The position numbers and the translations under genes were made by a program. The notes below the pieces were generated by a model, which saw only the letters and a list, made by a program, of their open reading frames with translations, searched no databases and was not told the DNA's origin. Below are positions 1-9,594 of a stretch of 64,000 bases of DNA, piece by piece. Source of the DNA: a plasmid; the sequence record NZ_CP139428.1, one strand, 5' to 3'. Every line of letters starts with the position of its first letter. Positions within the stretch are counted from its first letter, which is position 1.

Positions 1-3
1 GCG

Positions 4-540
4 GTGCCGGCGTTCGTCACGCTGCGTACCCTCAAGCAGCGGCTCAACCCCAGGGTTGGCCGGCCGCCGGCGCTGAAACTCAATGCACCGGGACCGACCG
101 CCCGAACGGCATCCCCGGTCAAACGCACGGTGGCGCTCGAGGACGGGCCCTTTGCGGCGCGGCTGCGCGATCACATCCAAACCTTTACCGAGCACAAGAC
201 CAAACCGATCTGGCCGGTGACCGATGACACTGCGCGCAACTGGTTGAAGAAGGTACTCCGTGAGGCTGATCGTCAGGGCGTGCGGTTCAGCCTGGCGCGC
301 GTCACCCCCCACACATTCCGGCACAGCTTCGCGATGCATCTGTTGTTTCATGGGGTGGCGCCGCTGACGCTGCAGGCCTTGATGGGTCATAAGGATTTTA
401 AATCGACGCAAGTCTACCTGAAGGTGTTCAGTCTCGACACGGTATCAGGCCGGGGTGGCGTGCCGTTCTCGATGGATGTCGGCGTGGCGGCGGAGATGCT
501 GCAGCTGGCCGATAATGGTGTAAAAAAGGTGTTTGATTAG
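4..540 (+). CDS. Tyrosine recombinase / phage-integrase family, C-terminal catalytic part; the 5' end lies outside the window
   Basis: Motifs HTFRHSFAMHLL ... LMGH ... TQVYL, the R-H-R-Y catalytic box region of tyrosine recombinases. The ORF runs from the window edge. Confidence 0.75.
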   Translation: MPAFVTLRTLKQRLNPRVGRPPALKLNAPGPTARTASPVKRTVALEDGPFAARLRDHIQTFTEHKTKPIWPVTDDTARNWLKKVLREADRQGVRFSLARVTPHTFRHSFAMHLLFHGVAPLTLQALMGHKDFKSTQVYLKVFSLDTVSGRGGVPFSMDVGVAAEMLQLADNGVKKVFD

Positions 541-544
541 TACC

Positions 545-680
545 TTTTTGGTGTTATTTAAGTGCTTCTTTTACACTGCTAGTTGGGCGGCATCCATGAT
601 GTAGAGCGTGTTAACTATAGTGTGTTATTTTGGTACTAATTTAGTGTTTATTTGGTGTTTTATAGGTGCTATTTAGGCTC
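545..680. repeat. Iteron-like direct repeats (TTTGGTGTTATTT / GGTACTAATTTAGTG variants); candidate partition or centromere site
   Basis: Several near-identical short direct repeats seen in the sequence. Related copies occur at 1540-1560 and 2520-2560, flanking the parA-like pair. Confidence 0.35.
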
Positions 681-1331
681 CGGTTTGATGTGCTTGGGGG
701 CGGCTTTATAGCGTAGATGACGTGGCAAGACTGCGCCGGCGTACAGGAAAAATAACGTCTTAACTGACACTGGCGATGCAGCCCTATGCCCGATCCCACG
801 CTGCAGCAACAGGGCATCATGGTGATTATAGGCATGAACAGGCAAGCGATCGGCGCCATTCGCCAGCAGCCAAATTGTTCGAGTGATCCCATCGACAAAA
901 TCAAGCGCAGGAACTGGCAAGCCACGCTCTAGAATAAACCGACATGTCGGAGTGGCCAGCGGCACCGGGTTGCCCGCGCCAATGCTAAAGCATCTTTCTG
1001 CTTCGTGAAATTTACGGTCACGTCGCCAGGCGGCCTCATCACCACGGCTGAGTTCAGGCACAATGGAATTCGGCGTGTTACGCCAGGCTGACAGCAACTT
1101 ATCCCTATCGGCTACGACGATGTAATGCTCACTGGTGTCAGAAATCGCCTGCTCCATATAGGCAAATTCACCCTGCCGCAGCGGAATTTTGAATCGGCAA
1201 TAAATACTGTCGTTATACCTGCAGCTGTACACCCCCTCGACCAGGTGTACCGGATAGTCTTTGATGGCAACGTGTTTACCGATTAGATCAGGTGTCATAA
1301 CGGTTCCTTTATTAGGTCGTATTGATGCCAA
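669..1331 (-). CDS. Hypothetical protein; start probably at MTPDLIGKH near 1299
   Basis: Long ORF with ordinary codon usage and no recognisable motif. Confidence 0.35.
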   Translation of the reverse strand: MASIRPNKGTVMTPDLIGKHVAIKDYPVHLVEGVYSCRYNDSIYCRFKIPLRQGEFAYMEQAISDTSEHYIVVADRDKLLSAWRNTPNSIVPELSRGDEAAWRRDRKFHEAERCFSIGAGNPVPLATPTCRFILERGLPVPALDFVDGITRTIWLLANGADRLPVHAYNHHDALLLQRGIGHRAASPVSVKTLFFLYAGAVLPRHLRYKAAPKHIKPEPK

Positions 1332-1565
1332 AACGATACCATTAATATACCGGTTTGACGCCTTTAGTCACGCTGACACAAGCCCTTCCTGGCGTATGTT
1401 ACTGGCGGGCGTTGAAGTCCTGAACGGCAGGTGGGCAATCTGGCAGTGGACGCCATTGCTTGTTTCTGAGGGGGAAGGAAAATACGGGCCAGGAGAAAGG
1501 CCCCAAACTCTTCCGAATCAGATGCAGTGTCATATGATGTTTAAGTGGTGTAATTTTGGTGCCAA

Positions 1566-1592
1566 AAAGGAGCCTTTATGGCTCCTTTTTGG
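1566..1592 (-). terminator. Rho-independent terminator downstream of the parA/RHH operon
   Basis: Hairpin AAAAAGGAGCC-tttat-GGCTCCTTTTT, immediately 3' of the minus-strand RHH gene. Confidence 0.5.
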
Positions 1593-1607
1593 TCTTTCTT
1601 TGATGCC

Positions 1608-1889
1608 CTAATCACCGTGCTCATCATAAAATTTCAATGCATGTCGGATCATATTGAGTTTAGAGCGGTTGGTTTTTTTGCATAACTTCTCCAGCAACTC
1701 ATACTCGTATTGATTGAACGGCACACGGATGGCCTTGTAATCACGCGGTGCTTCACTGTCGGTTTGCTTGAGCGGCGTAACGACATGATCAGCTGCGGCT
1801 GCAAATTCTTCTATACGTTTTTCTACTGCCCCTGGAGAAACGACGGGTTCCCTGCGCTTTACCATGTCATCAGCTCCTTCACCAGACAT
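1608..1889 (-). CDS. Small ParG-like ribbon-helix-helix partner of ParA (centromere-binding protein). Alternative start MVKRREP at 1865.
   Basis: Roughly 85-93 aa, basic N-terminus, directly downstream of and co-oriented with the ParA-like ATPase. This is the arrangement of a type Ib partition system. Confidence 0.5.
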   Translation of the reverse strand: MSGEGADDMVKRREPVVSPGAVEKRIEEFAAAADHVVTPLKQTDSEAPRDYKAIRVPFNQYEYELLEKLCKKTNRSKLNMIRHALKFYDEHGD

Positions 1890-2494
1890 TGAATTTCGGC
1901 TTTGGCTTTCGAATTATCCATTTCGACCACGCCACGTCCTTCGGACATGCAATCCCGGTAAACCTTGCGGTCTCGTACCACCGTGCTCATCAACCCCAAC
2001 TCAGGGAAGTCTTTAAGGTACTCTTTGGCTTCCTGGATCTCGTTGATGACTGGATTGGACGGCGCGAGCGTCAGCATGGCGATCGCCTTCAACTTTGGAT
2101 TGAGATCCTTAGCTTCCGTCATAATTTCTGTCAGCCGTGGCAGCGTATCTAAATCGGGTTGTGAAGGTCTGAATGGAACCAGCAGCACATCGGCTGATGT
2201 CATACCCGTTCTCAGCTCTCGACTGTCACGACCGGCTGTGTCAACAACCACATATTCGTAGCGCTTATCGAGGTCGAGTAGCGTATCGCGAATATTATCG
2301 AATTTCTGAATGCAATGAATAGGTGCTATGCCTTCGATCGCATTGCGGTCTGCAATCCAGTTAGATGCGGTTCCTTGACGGTCAGAGTCGACCAGCATCA
2401 CATCGTGCCCTTGTCGTGACAATTCAGCTGCAATATTGACTGCTGTCGTTGATTTACCGCAACCGCCTTTTTGACTTCCAATTAGTATAATCAT
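1859..2494 (-). CDS. parA: ParA/ParF-family partition ATPase
   Basis: Deviant Walker A KGGCGKST at the N-terminus and overall ParA/Soj architecture, 211 aa. Confidence 0.85.
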   Translation of the reverse strand: MIILIGSQKGGCGKSTTAVNIAAELSRQGHDVMLVDSDRQGTASNWIADRNAIEGIAPIHCIQKFDNIRDTLLDLDKRYEYVVVDTAGRDSRELRTGMTSADVLLVPFRPSQPDLDTLPRLTEIMTEAKDLNPKLKAIAMLTLAPSNPVINEIQEAKEYLKDFPELGLMSTVVRDRKVYRDCMSEGRGVVEMDNSKAKAEIQCLVKELMTW

Positions 2495-2599
2495 AGTGCT
2501 TAATTGGTTCCTTGTTGGCTCCTGTTGGGTATTAATTTAGTACCACTTTGGTGCTCTGTCAATACATTGTAGAACCTTAGTCTTAAGGTATAACCTGTT

Positions 2600-2960
2600 A
2601 CTATGGGCGTGCCCCGCTGGGGACGGCTGTCGTGCTGCGCAGGGAGCCGGCCGGCCGTCTCCCCCCTGCGGGCTTCCATCCTCACGCAACCCCGCTTGCA
2701 GCCGGCGATGCCGGCGCCGCACTCACTGTCCTGCAGCCAGGCTGCAGGACGCTGTTGACGCCCCGCCGGCCGCTGTCGCGCCGTCGTGTCGGGTTGATCC
2801 GTATTCAACCTTCCAGGGCGCTTTAGCCGCAGTCAGTCTTCCCGCCGCAACTGATAACAGCACAACGCCTCGCTTAAACACCAAGGGGTGTATGAACTCC
2901 GCCAAAAACTTTTTCCTCCCTTCGGTCAAAAAAACTTTTTGTCTCCGCCCCTTGGTGCCG
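2600..2960 (+). repeat. Repeat family copy R1: hairpin-rich element plus conserved leader (candidate single-strand promoter, Frpo/ssi-like)
   Basis: Shares core ggctgtcgtgctgcgcaggg ... gccggcgatgccggcgccgc ... cactg and a downstream block caaggggtg ... aaaactttttcc with copies at 6840-7239 and 9595-10029. Contains perfect palindromes GCCGGC-gat-GCCGGC and CCTGCAGCC-agg-CTGCAGG. Confidence 0.6.
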
Positions 2961-3042
2961 CTCTTCGCCGTGCTGAATCAGTTTATTGCGACGGCGAATA
3001 CTCACAGCGGCATCAGTTATCACCCCACGGAGGATTTCAACA

Positions 3043-3332
3043 TGGCTCAACAAAACGTCAACGGCGCGACAACGAAGCCTACAGCAGCATCCGCACAGAC
3101 CAGCAGTGCTCTGACCATACCGCAGGTGTATGACCTGTTTTGCTATGTGAAGGCGGTGTGCGGTCGCTCGACCGGCACCATTGAACCGCCGGTCGTACCG
3201 GCAGAGGCGGAAGAGGTGTTCGCGGACTTTGGGGATTTCGACACCATTTCGGTGTGGACTGTCGGAGGCTGGCCGGTGGCTGCCAGCGATCAGATGACGA
3301 TGACCCACTGGCGCATGAATTCAGGGCAATAA
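3043..3332 (+). CDS. Small hypothetical protein (cassette ORF 1) beginning MAQQNVNG
   Basis: ORF directly after R1 leader. Its N-terminal QNVN codons are shared with ORFs at 7240 and 10030. Confidence 0.4.
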
Positions 3333-3336
3333 AAAA

Positions 3337-3360
3337 GCGGCATCGCTGCCGCTTTCTCAC
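3337..3360 (+). terminator. Rho-independent terminator
   Basis: AAAAAAGCGGCA-tcgct-GCCGCTTT hairpin immediately after the ORF. Confidence 0.5.
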
Positions 3361-3424
3361 CGCCAGCGCGGAAGCGTCCACTTCTGTCGCTGGCTCAACA
3401 GGCAATTATCAACGGAGATACACC

Positions 3425-5476
3425 ATGTCTATGACTGAGTCTAAAGCACCAACCAAGGGCAAGACAACCCGTCCGGCCAAAACCACCAAGAAAAACGCTC
3501 TCGCGGAAAAAATCGAGGCGGCGCTGGCCAAGGCCGTGCGCAAAACCGCCACGCTCGGCCAGCTGGTGCTGACCGACCTGAACGTGCGCAAGAAAAAATC
3601 CTCGCAGACGTCGATCGAGGGGCTGGCCGCCGCCATCCGTTCAGCCGGTCTACTGATGAATCTGGTCGTGTTCGAAATGGACGATGGCCGCTACGGCGTT
3701 GCCGCCGGTGAGCGCCGCACGCTGGCGCTGCGCTGGTTGATGTCACTTGAGAACGACGCCGACAAGACCACCCCGGACGGCATCGTGACCGACGATTACC
3801 CGGTTGAAGTGCTGGTCGTCAGCAAGGCGATGGCGCGTGTGGTGTCGATGATGGAGAACAGCCAGCGCGAGCAGATGCACCCGGCCGATCAAGTCATGGC
3901 GTTCCGCGACCTGTCGGCAGACGGGCAAACCCCGGCACAGATCGGCGATCTGCTGGGGTTCAGCACGCGCCACGTTCAGCGATGCCTGCGTCTGGCGACG
4001 ATGGCGCCGGTGCTGCTCGACGCGCTGGCCGACGACCAGATCACCCTCGACCAGCTGCAGGCGTTGTCGGCCACCGAAGATCATCAACGTCAGTGTGACG
4101 TGTGGGAAAACGCGCACGGCTGGGCGGCCGCGCCGCAGCACCTGCGCGAGGCGGTGCTGAAAGGTGAAGTCTCGGCCAAAGACAACAGCCAGCTGGCGTT
4201 CGTCGGGCGCGAGATCTACGAGGCGGCGGGCGGCACCTTCAAATTCGACCTGTTTACCGACGAAGGCTTTTTGACCGAACCGGCGATGCTGGAGCGTCTT
4301 GCCCGTGAAAAGCTGCACGCGCTGGCGCAGCAGGTGGCCGAGAACGAGGGCTGGAGCTGGGCGGAAGGGCGCATTTCGGCCATTAAAACGTGGGGGGAGG
4401 ATGCGGAGATTTACCGCGAGCTGGCCGAACCTCAGCCGGAATTTACCGCTGACGAACAGGCCGAGATCGCCCGTCTGAAAGCGCGGTTCAGTGAGCTGGA
4501 AGCGGCATTCGAGGCGGCGGATGCCGATACCGATACCCACGCGCTGAACGTCGAAAGCGACGCTGTCGAAGCCGATATTGCGCGGTTGACCGCACAGGCG
4601 ATCATCCGTGCATGGCCGCAGGCGATGCGCAGCAGCGGCGGGGTAGTGGCGTCCCTGCGTAACGGGGAGGTGGTTTACCAGCGCGGGATCGTGCTGCGGG
4701 CGAGCGAAGCAACCGACAAGTCCGGGGATGACAACGGCGAGGGCGCAGCGACCACTGAAACGACGGCACCGAAACCCAAGGAGAAAGGGCTGTCGGCAGC
4801 GCTGATCACCAGCCTGTCGGCGGAACGCACACTGGCGGTGATGGGGGCGCTGGTCGAGAACCCGACCGTGGCGCTGGCGCTGCACACCCACACGCTGGTC
4901 GTGAAAGTGTTCGGTTCGCGCTACGCCGGATCGCTGTTCCAAACCAGCCTGACCCCAAAACGGGCGGAGCTGCTGACCAAAGCCCCGACGGCGGAAGGGA
5001 GCCGTGCCGATCGCCAGCTGGGCGAGCTGCACGCGCAGTGGGAGGCGAAATTGCCGCCGGAGTGGAATACCGATTTCACATGGTTGCTGACGTGGGAACA
5101 GGCCGAGGTCGTGGCGCTGCTGGCGTACTGCGTCGGCCTGTCGCTCGATGCCGTGCAGCTGTGGCCTGCGAAGGATGGCAAAGTCGGCGATGCCCTGACG
5201 CCGCTCGAGCACGCGCTGGACTTCACGCTGCGCGACTGGTGGCAACCGACCAAGGCCAATTACTTCGGGCGCATCAGCAAGGAGTTAATGAGCGATGCAC
5301 TACTTGATGCCGGGAAGGTGGCGCAGGCGGCCTCGGTGCTCAAGATGAAAAAGGGCGACGCCGCGCAGCTGGCCGAGGATGAACTGACCGCCAGCGGCTG
5401 GGTGCCGGAGTGCCTGCTGCCGGTGGCCGATGACATCACCACTTTACAGGACGCTGACAACAGCGCCGCCGCCTAA
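3425..5476 (+). CDS. ParB/Srx nuclease-domain protein, large leading-region type
   Basis: N-terminal ParB-like domain with GERRTLA (compare ParB GERRxRA). About 684 aa with an acidic C-terminus. RBS GGAG lies before the ATG at 3425. The provided ORF starts earlier at 3254. Confidence 0.7.
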   Translation: MSMTESKAPTKGKTTRPAKTTKKNALAEKIEAALAKAVRKTATLGQLVLTDLNVRKKKSSQTSIEGLAAAIRSAGLLMNLVVFEMDDGRYGVAAGERRTLALRWLMSLENDADKTTPDGIVTDDYPVEVLVVSKAMARVVSMMENSQREQMHPADQVMAFRDLSADGQTPAQIGDLLGFSTRHVQRCLRLATMAPVLLDALADDQITLDQLQALSATEDHQRQCDVWENAHGWAAAPQHLREAVLKGEVSAKDNSQLAFVGREIYEAAGGTFKFDLFTDEGFLTEPAMLERLAREKLHALAQQVAENEGWSWAEGRISAIKTWGEDAEIYRELAEPQPEFTADEQAEIARLKARFSELEAAFEAADADTDTHALNVESDAVEADIARLTAQAIIRAWPQAMRSSGGVVASLRNGEVVYQRGIVLRASEATDKSGDDNGEGAATTETTAPKPKEKGLSAALITSLSAERTLAVMGALVENPTVALALHTHTLVVKVFGSRYAGSLFQTSLTPKRAELLTKAPTAEGSRADRQLGELHAQWEAKLPPEWNTDFTWLLTWEQAEVVALLAYCVGLSLDAVQLWPAKDGKVGDALTPLEHALDFTLRDWWQPTKANYFGRISKELMSDALLDAGKVAQAASVLKMKKGDAAQLAEDELTASGWVPECLLPVADDITTLQDADNSAAA

Positions 5477-5517
5477 CCGACAGGGAGCTGCCGCCCATCG
5501 GGCGGCAGAAAACAGCG

Positions 5518-5958
5518 ATGAAAAATGCATTCAATCTGGAAACACTGACGGCGATGAGCGCCGACGAACTGGAGCAGTACCGCGATCGGGGCAGAGAGTA
5601 CCGGATGATGCTCAACTGCGCGGTGCTGGGGCAACTGGCGGTGCCGGAAGGCTGGCGCGTGGTGGCGGAAGAGGGCTGTGAGTTCTGCGGGCGCGTGCCG
5701 GTGGTGTGCCGGATAAGCCCGGCAGGGGATGAGGCGACGGCGCTCTATTTGTGCAGTGCGGGCGCGGAGGTGCCGAACTGGTCAATGACGCTGCCGTTTG
5801 ACGGCGGTCAGTCGCTGGCGTGGCTGTACCTGGATGAGTATTACACCCCGGCCACGGTCAACCGGGTGCTGCATACCGTGGCGGGCTATTACCAGCTGGG
5901 GTTCTGGCGGCCGGAAAAGTTGGCGGCGGCGCTGCGGATGGGAGGGCATTGCCTGTGA
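5518..5958 (+). CDS. Hypothetical protein
   Basis: ORF co-oriented with the leading-region genes. No motif recognised. Confidence 0.4.
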   Translation: MKNAFNLETLTAMSADELEQYRDRGREYRMMLNCAVLGQLAVPEGWRVVAEEGCEFCGRVPVVCRISPAGDEATALYLCSAGAEVPNWSMTLPFDGGQSLAWLYLDEYYTPATVNRVLHTVAGYYQLGFWRPEKLAAALRMGGHCL

Positions 5959-6680
5959 TCCCCCATCATCTCGCATTGGTGCCGTGGCACCCGTACCGGC
6001 AGGCCGTCTGGCAAGCCATCGCACAGGTCGAAGCCCGCCGTGAAGCTGGCAGGCGGTTATCCGCCTACCCGTATGCCACGGCGTTTTTCCGCCAGTTAAC
6101 CGGGCGGCTCACAATTTCAGCCAAGGACATCCGCATGATAGACGTGACCTACCGGCCCGGCGATCGCCGCCGCGCCACGCGCAAGGAAGACTATATCGAC
6201 GCGCTCGACATCCTGATTGCCAGCCGGGGGGAGCACTGTTATTCCCCGTTGCCGGGCGACACCCGTGACACGCTGTTCCCGGAAGTGAACCGCCGCCGCC
6301 GACAGCGCTTCGAACACCGGCTGACGATGAAACACACCCGTCAGGCGCGCATCGATGCCACACTCCGGCGGCACAAGCGGCGACGTTACCAGGTGCGGCT
6401 GGCGCAGGCGGAAGTCGAGCTGGCGTTCATCACGCCGGGCGAGCTTGACCGCTGGGTACGGCGTGCGCAGCAGCAGGGACTTGCCGAGGATGATTTGAGC
6501 GGGCTGGTGATGGCGTGGACGGCGCGGTTTCCGTGCCTTGCCGAATTGGATCGTTATCTTTGGGCTGACATGCCGTTCTGGGAGGCGCGTCTTCAGGTCA
6601 GTCTGATCAGCGCGGAGTTGTCCGCTGAAGCGCATATCGATAACGCGGCGCGGCTGCCGAATCGCCTGGTACGCCGCTAA
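5949..6680 (+). CDS. Hypothetical protein, basic and Arg-rich in the centre
   Basis: ORF co-oriented and overlaps the previous stop. Confidence 0.4.
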   Translation: MPVIPHHLALVPWHPYRQAVWQAIAQVEARREAGRRLSAYPYATAFFRQLTGRLTISAKDIRMIDVTYRPGDRRRATRKEDYIDALDILIASRGEHCYSPLPGDTRDTLFPEVNRRRRQRFEHRLTMKHTRQARIDATLRRHKRRRYQVRLAQAEVELAFITPGELDRWVRRAQQQGLAEDDLSGLVMAWTARFPCLAELDRYLWADMPFWEARLQVSLISAELSAEAHIDNAARLPNRLVRR

Positions 6681-6839
6681 ACCCCGGACAACAGGCTGCA
6701 GTGGCTGCGCCACTGCGGCTTGTTGCTCTCTGATCCCTGTGCCAGGCCTGTCTCTGCTTTCAGCAGGGGAGACGGTTCCTGTTGATAGAGTCACGGTGAC
6801 TGTTGGGCATGAATGTGCCGCTTCTAAACGACTTGCCTG

Positions 6840-7239
6840 GCGAAACGATGCGGCGCTGGGCGTCCGGGCGCGCTGTCGTGCTGCGCATGGCGCCGGCAAG
6901 CCGTCGCCCCCCTGCGGGCGTCCATCGCTGACGCGAAATACACGCTTGCAGCCGGCGGTGCCGGCGCCGCTTCTCACTGTTCCTCGCCCTGGCGAGGAAC
7001 GCTAAGGTCGCCACGGCTTATCGCCGCGTCGGGTGTGTTCCTGCTCATCTCACCGGTGGTTATCTCTCATCGGCCCTTACGCGGCCGCTTTTGTAGCACC
7101 GTCACCCGCGTGCCGCAAGGGTGAAATGCACGCCGCAAGCGGCGCCCTTGCGTTCCCCCGTTCGCCGTCGCTACGTCAGCTTTTTTGCCGCGAAAGGTTC
7201 CGACGAGAGATAAATCAACCACCGAAGAGGGATGCCAGC
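6840..7239 (+). repeat. Repeat family copy R2 (candidate single-strand promoter plus leader)
   Basis: Core and block B conserved with R1 and R3. Hairpins GCCGGC-ggt-GCCGGC and CCTCGCC-ctg-GCGAGG. Confidence 0.6.
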
Positions 7240-7704
7240 ATGAACACACAAAACGTCAACGTCAACACCGCCGCTCAGGAACGCTCTGAAAGATATGGGA
7301 AAAGATCCACTGTTACCGGATCGTCTGATGATTGGGATGTAAAAGCCTGCCTGTTCGTTACGCAGGCGATCGGCCGCTTTTCCGTCAAATTCTCGGCGCC
7401 CTGCATCGGGGGCACGGTGAACCTCAATTGCAGCCACATCACCAACGCCTGCAATCCGTTTGATGCCGTAATGCGATTTGCGCGCGAAACCCGCGCGCAG
7501 GGATGCACGGTGTACGCCGTGGAACAGGTCGAGCCTGTGCGCCCCGTTTGCCTGAGCACAACCGGGTATCGCTTTATGCAAAAAGGCTTCATCTGGCTGT
7601 GTCTTGATACCGGCGTTTTCGTCGAGGTGTCAGACGATGGCCGGATGCGGCGCGGGGACGATGGCCGTACGTTGCCTTGCTACGGCACGTTAACCCGCAT
7701 TTAA
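7240..7704 (+). CDS. Hypothetical Cys-rich protein (cassette ORF 2) beginning MNTQNVNVN
   Basis: ORF directly after R2, sharing the ATGAACAC(A/G)CAAAACGTCAAC start with the ORF at 10030. Confidence 0.45.
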   Translation: MNTQNVNVNTAAQERSERYGKRSTVTGSSDDWDVKACLFVTQAIGRFSVKFSAPCIGGTVNLNCSHITNACNPFDAVMRFARETRAQGCTVYAVEQVEPVRPVCLSTTGYRFMQKGFIWLCLDTGVFVEVSDDGRMRRGDDGRTLPCYGTLTRI

Positions 7705-7740
7705 CCGGTGGCAAGCCACCCTAACCGAGGAGAAAAAACG

Positions 7741-8088
7741 ATGTATCAGACCGAAATCAGCACCGAAAACCGCATGGCGTGGGATGCGAGCACCGAGGCC
7801 GCGTACTGGCAACGGCGCGAGCAGCAGGCACGCAGCGACGTGGAAGAAATCACGCTGGCGGCGTTTATGGATGCCATCGCAGTGATGTACCCGAAAGACT
7901 GGGAGGGCGACGCACATAGCGAAACTTTCAAGCTGGCCGAAATGTACTGCGGGGACGTTGCCTACATTTTTGCAAAAGTCGGCGATCGCTATTTTAAGTT
8001 CCGCGATGTGGTGACGTTATCGCACAGCGCCATTCTGGCGCGGATCAATAAGGAGGTGTTAAGCCGGGAGACGCAAGCCCGTAAATGA
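7741..8088 (+). CDS. Hypothetical protein
   Basis: ORF starting MYQTEIS. No motif recognised. Confidence 0.4.
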   Translation: MYQTEISTENRMAWDASTEAAYWQRREQQARSDVEEITLAAFMDAIAVMYPKDWEGDAHSETFKLAEMYCGDVAYIFAKVGDRYFKFRDVVTLSHSAILARINKEVLSRETQARK

Positions 8089-8177
8089 AAAAAGCAGCGT
8101 TTCCGCTGCTTCCTCATGCCGGTTTACCCCTAGGAAAGTTAGACCGGCGTTCTATCAAACTACATGGAGTCTCAACC

Positions 8178-8441
8178 ATGAAATCAACAGACCCAAGCAT
8201 CATGACAGTAACCGACGAGTATGTAAAGCGCCTGCAGGCTGAGTGCGAGCAGGTGAAACGCCAGCGGCGGATCGCGCGCGGCGATATAGCCGCCGCCGAC
8301 GTCGATCCGGATCTACGGTCGTTCGGGCGTCATATCGCCGGATGTGTTCGAAAGGGCAAATCGGTGCGGGTGCCGTCGATGCGGGGCAGTGAGTGGGGGC
8401 ACGTTCTGCGTGCGCTGGAGTTAACGCGGGCGATGGCCTGA
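8178..8441 (+). CDS. Small hypothetical protein
   Basis: ORF starting MKSTDPS, co-oriented with neighbours. Confidence 0.3.
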   Translation: MKSTDPSIMTVTDEYVKRLQAECEQVKRQRRIARGDIAAADVDPDLRSFGRHIAGCVRKGKSVRVPSMRGSEWGHVLRALELTRAMA

Positions 8442-8492
8442 TAACGCGAGCCGCCCCGTATCGGGGCGGCTATTCACTGACCCGGAGGTTAA

Positions 8493-9293
8493 TTGATGTC
8501 ACAACTCTCTTTTGATGCCCTGTTTTCCGTGCCCGTCGATGCGGTGCGCCCGGCGGAAAAGAACGTCAGGGCTGATGCGGTCGAACCTTCAAAACCCGCC
8601 GACCCTGTACCGGGACGGAAGCGGACAATCACCGGCGATGATCCGCGCAAGGCGTTTTTGAGTACGTTTCGTGAAACGGCGCGTTATCACCATCGCTACG
8701 AAGTGTTCAGCGATTTTGTGAAACTGACGGCCTGTGCGCTGGAAAATCTGCTGTTAAAGTCGCCGGACATCGAGGCGGAGTATCTGGCCACCATCCAGCG
8801 CTATGAAAAAGCCGACCAGCAGCGCATGGCGCAGTTGTATTCATGGCTGATCATCGGGCTGGATCAGGACATGGGGGATTTTCTCGGATCGCTGTTTATG
8901 GAGCTGGAGCTGGGCAGCGGCAACATCGGCCAGTTTTTCACGCCGTTCCATCTCTCCGAACTGATGGCGGGACTGGTAGCCGGTGATCGGCTGGCGGCGT
9001 TGGACAATGAGCCGTATATCACGCTGTCCGAACCGACCTGCGGCGCGGGCGGGATGGTGATCGCGTTTGCCAAAGTGATGCTGGCGCGCGGATATAACCC
9101 GCAAACGCAGCTGCGCGCCGACTGCGTGGACATCGATCCGGTGGCGGCGCGGATGTGTTACATCCAGTTGTCGCTGCTGGGTATACCGGCGCGCGTGGTG
9201 ATCGGCAACAGCCTGACACTGACCTATCAGCGCGAGATGTATACGCCGTTCTGGTATCGCGTGACGTCCACGCGCTGGCCGATGTATCGCTAA
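8493..9293 (+). CDS. N6-adenine methyltransferase-like protein of the HsdM family: SAM-binding half only, no catalytic NPPY/F motif
   Basis: Motif X-like GQFFTP, motif I EPTCGAGG, and following DCVDIDPVAARMCYIQLSLLG block resembling HsdM. The ORF ends at 266 aa without motif IV. Confidence 0.6.
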   Translation: MMSQLSFDALFSVPVDAVRPAEKNVRADAVEPSKPADPVPGRKRTITGDDPRKAFLSTFRETARYHHRYEVFSDFVKLTACALENLLLKSPDIEAEYLATIQRYEKADQQRMAQLYSWLIIGLDQDMGDFLGSLFMELELGSGNIGQFFTPFHLSELMAGLVAGDRLAALDNEPYITLSEPTCGAGGMVIAFAKVMLARGYNPQTQLRADCVDIDPVAARMCYIQLSLLGIPARVVIGNSLTLTYQREMYTPFWYRVTSTRWPMYR

Positions 9294-9473
9294 CACCCGA
9301 GGCGGGCAGGGCGATCCTGCCCGATAACGCATGGCAGAAAACGACACGTTGCCGTTACCGGGCGAATTTACCGATCGGGGCGGAAACACGGGGCGTTTGA
9401 TGACGACGCCGTGTGCTACCTGGAAACGGTGGCTACGGTCAGCACCGCGCGGTAAAAGACGAACAGAATGAAA

Positions 9474-9503
9474 GGCCGGTGCCTGCGGCACCGGCCATTC
9501 TTT
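9474..9503 (+). terminator. Rho-independent terminator
   Basis: GGCCGGTGCC-tgc-GGCACCGGCC followed by ATTCTTT. Confidence 0.55.
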
Positions 9504-9594
9504 CCCTTCTCGCACACTGTCAAAAAGACCTGGTGGCGGTTTTTCTACCTCTCCCTCGCCGGCTGCCGGTATTTCTGCGGTGAACCGGGTTTTC

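Noticed and set aside
2500-2808. Small ORFs on both strands across repeats R1, R2 and R3 (for example 2500-2808, 6739-7005, 9610-9885)
   Set aside because: The nucleotide conservation pattern among the three repeat copies is not codon-like, since indels are not in multiples of three. The palindromes argue for structural rather than coding function.
3743-5245. 500-aa ORF on the minus strand antisense to the ParB-nuclease gene
   Set aside because: High-GC DNA gives long spurious antisense frames. It has no start context and its Arg/Gly/Pro-rich composition is typical of a wrong-frame translation. The sense gene has clear ParB motifs.
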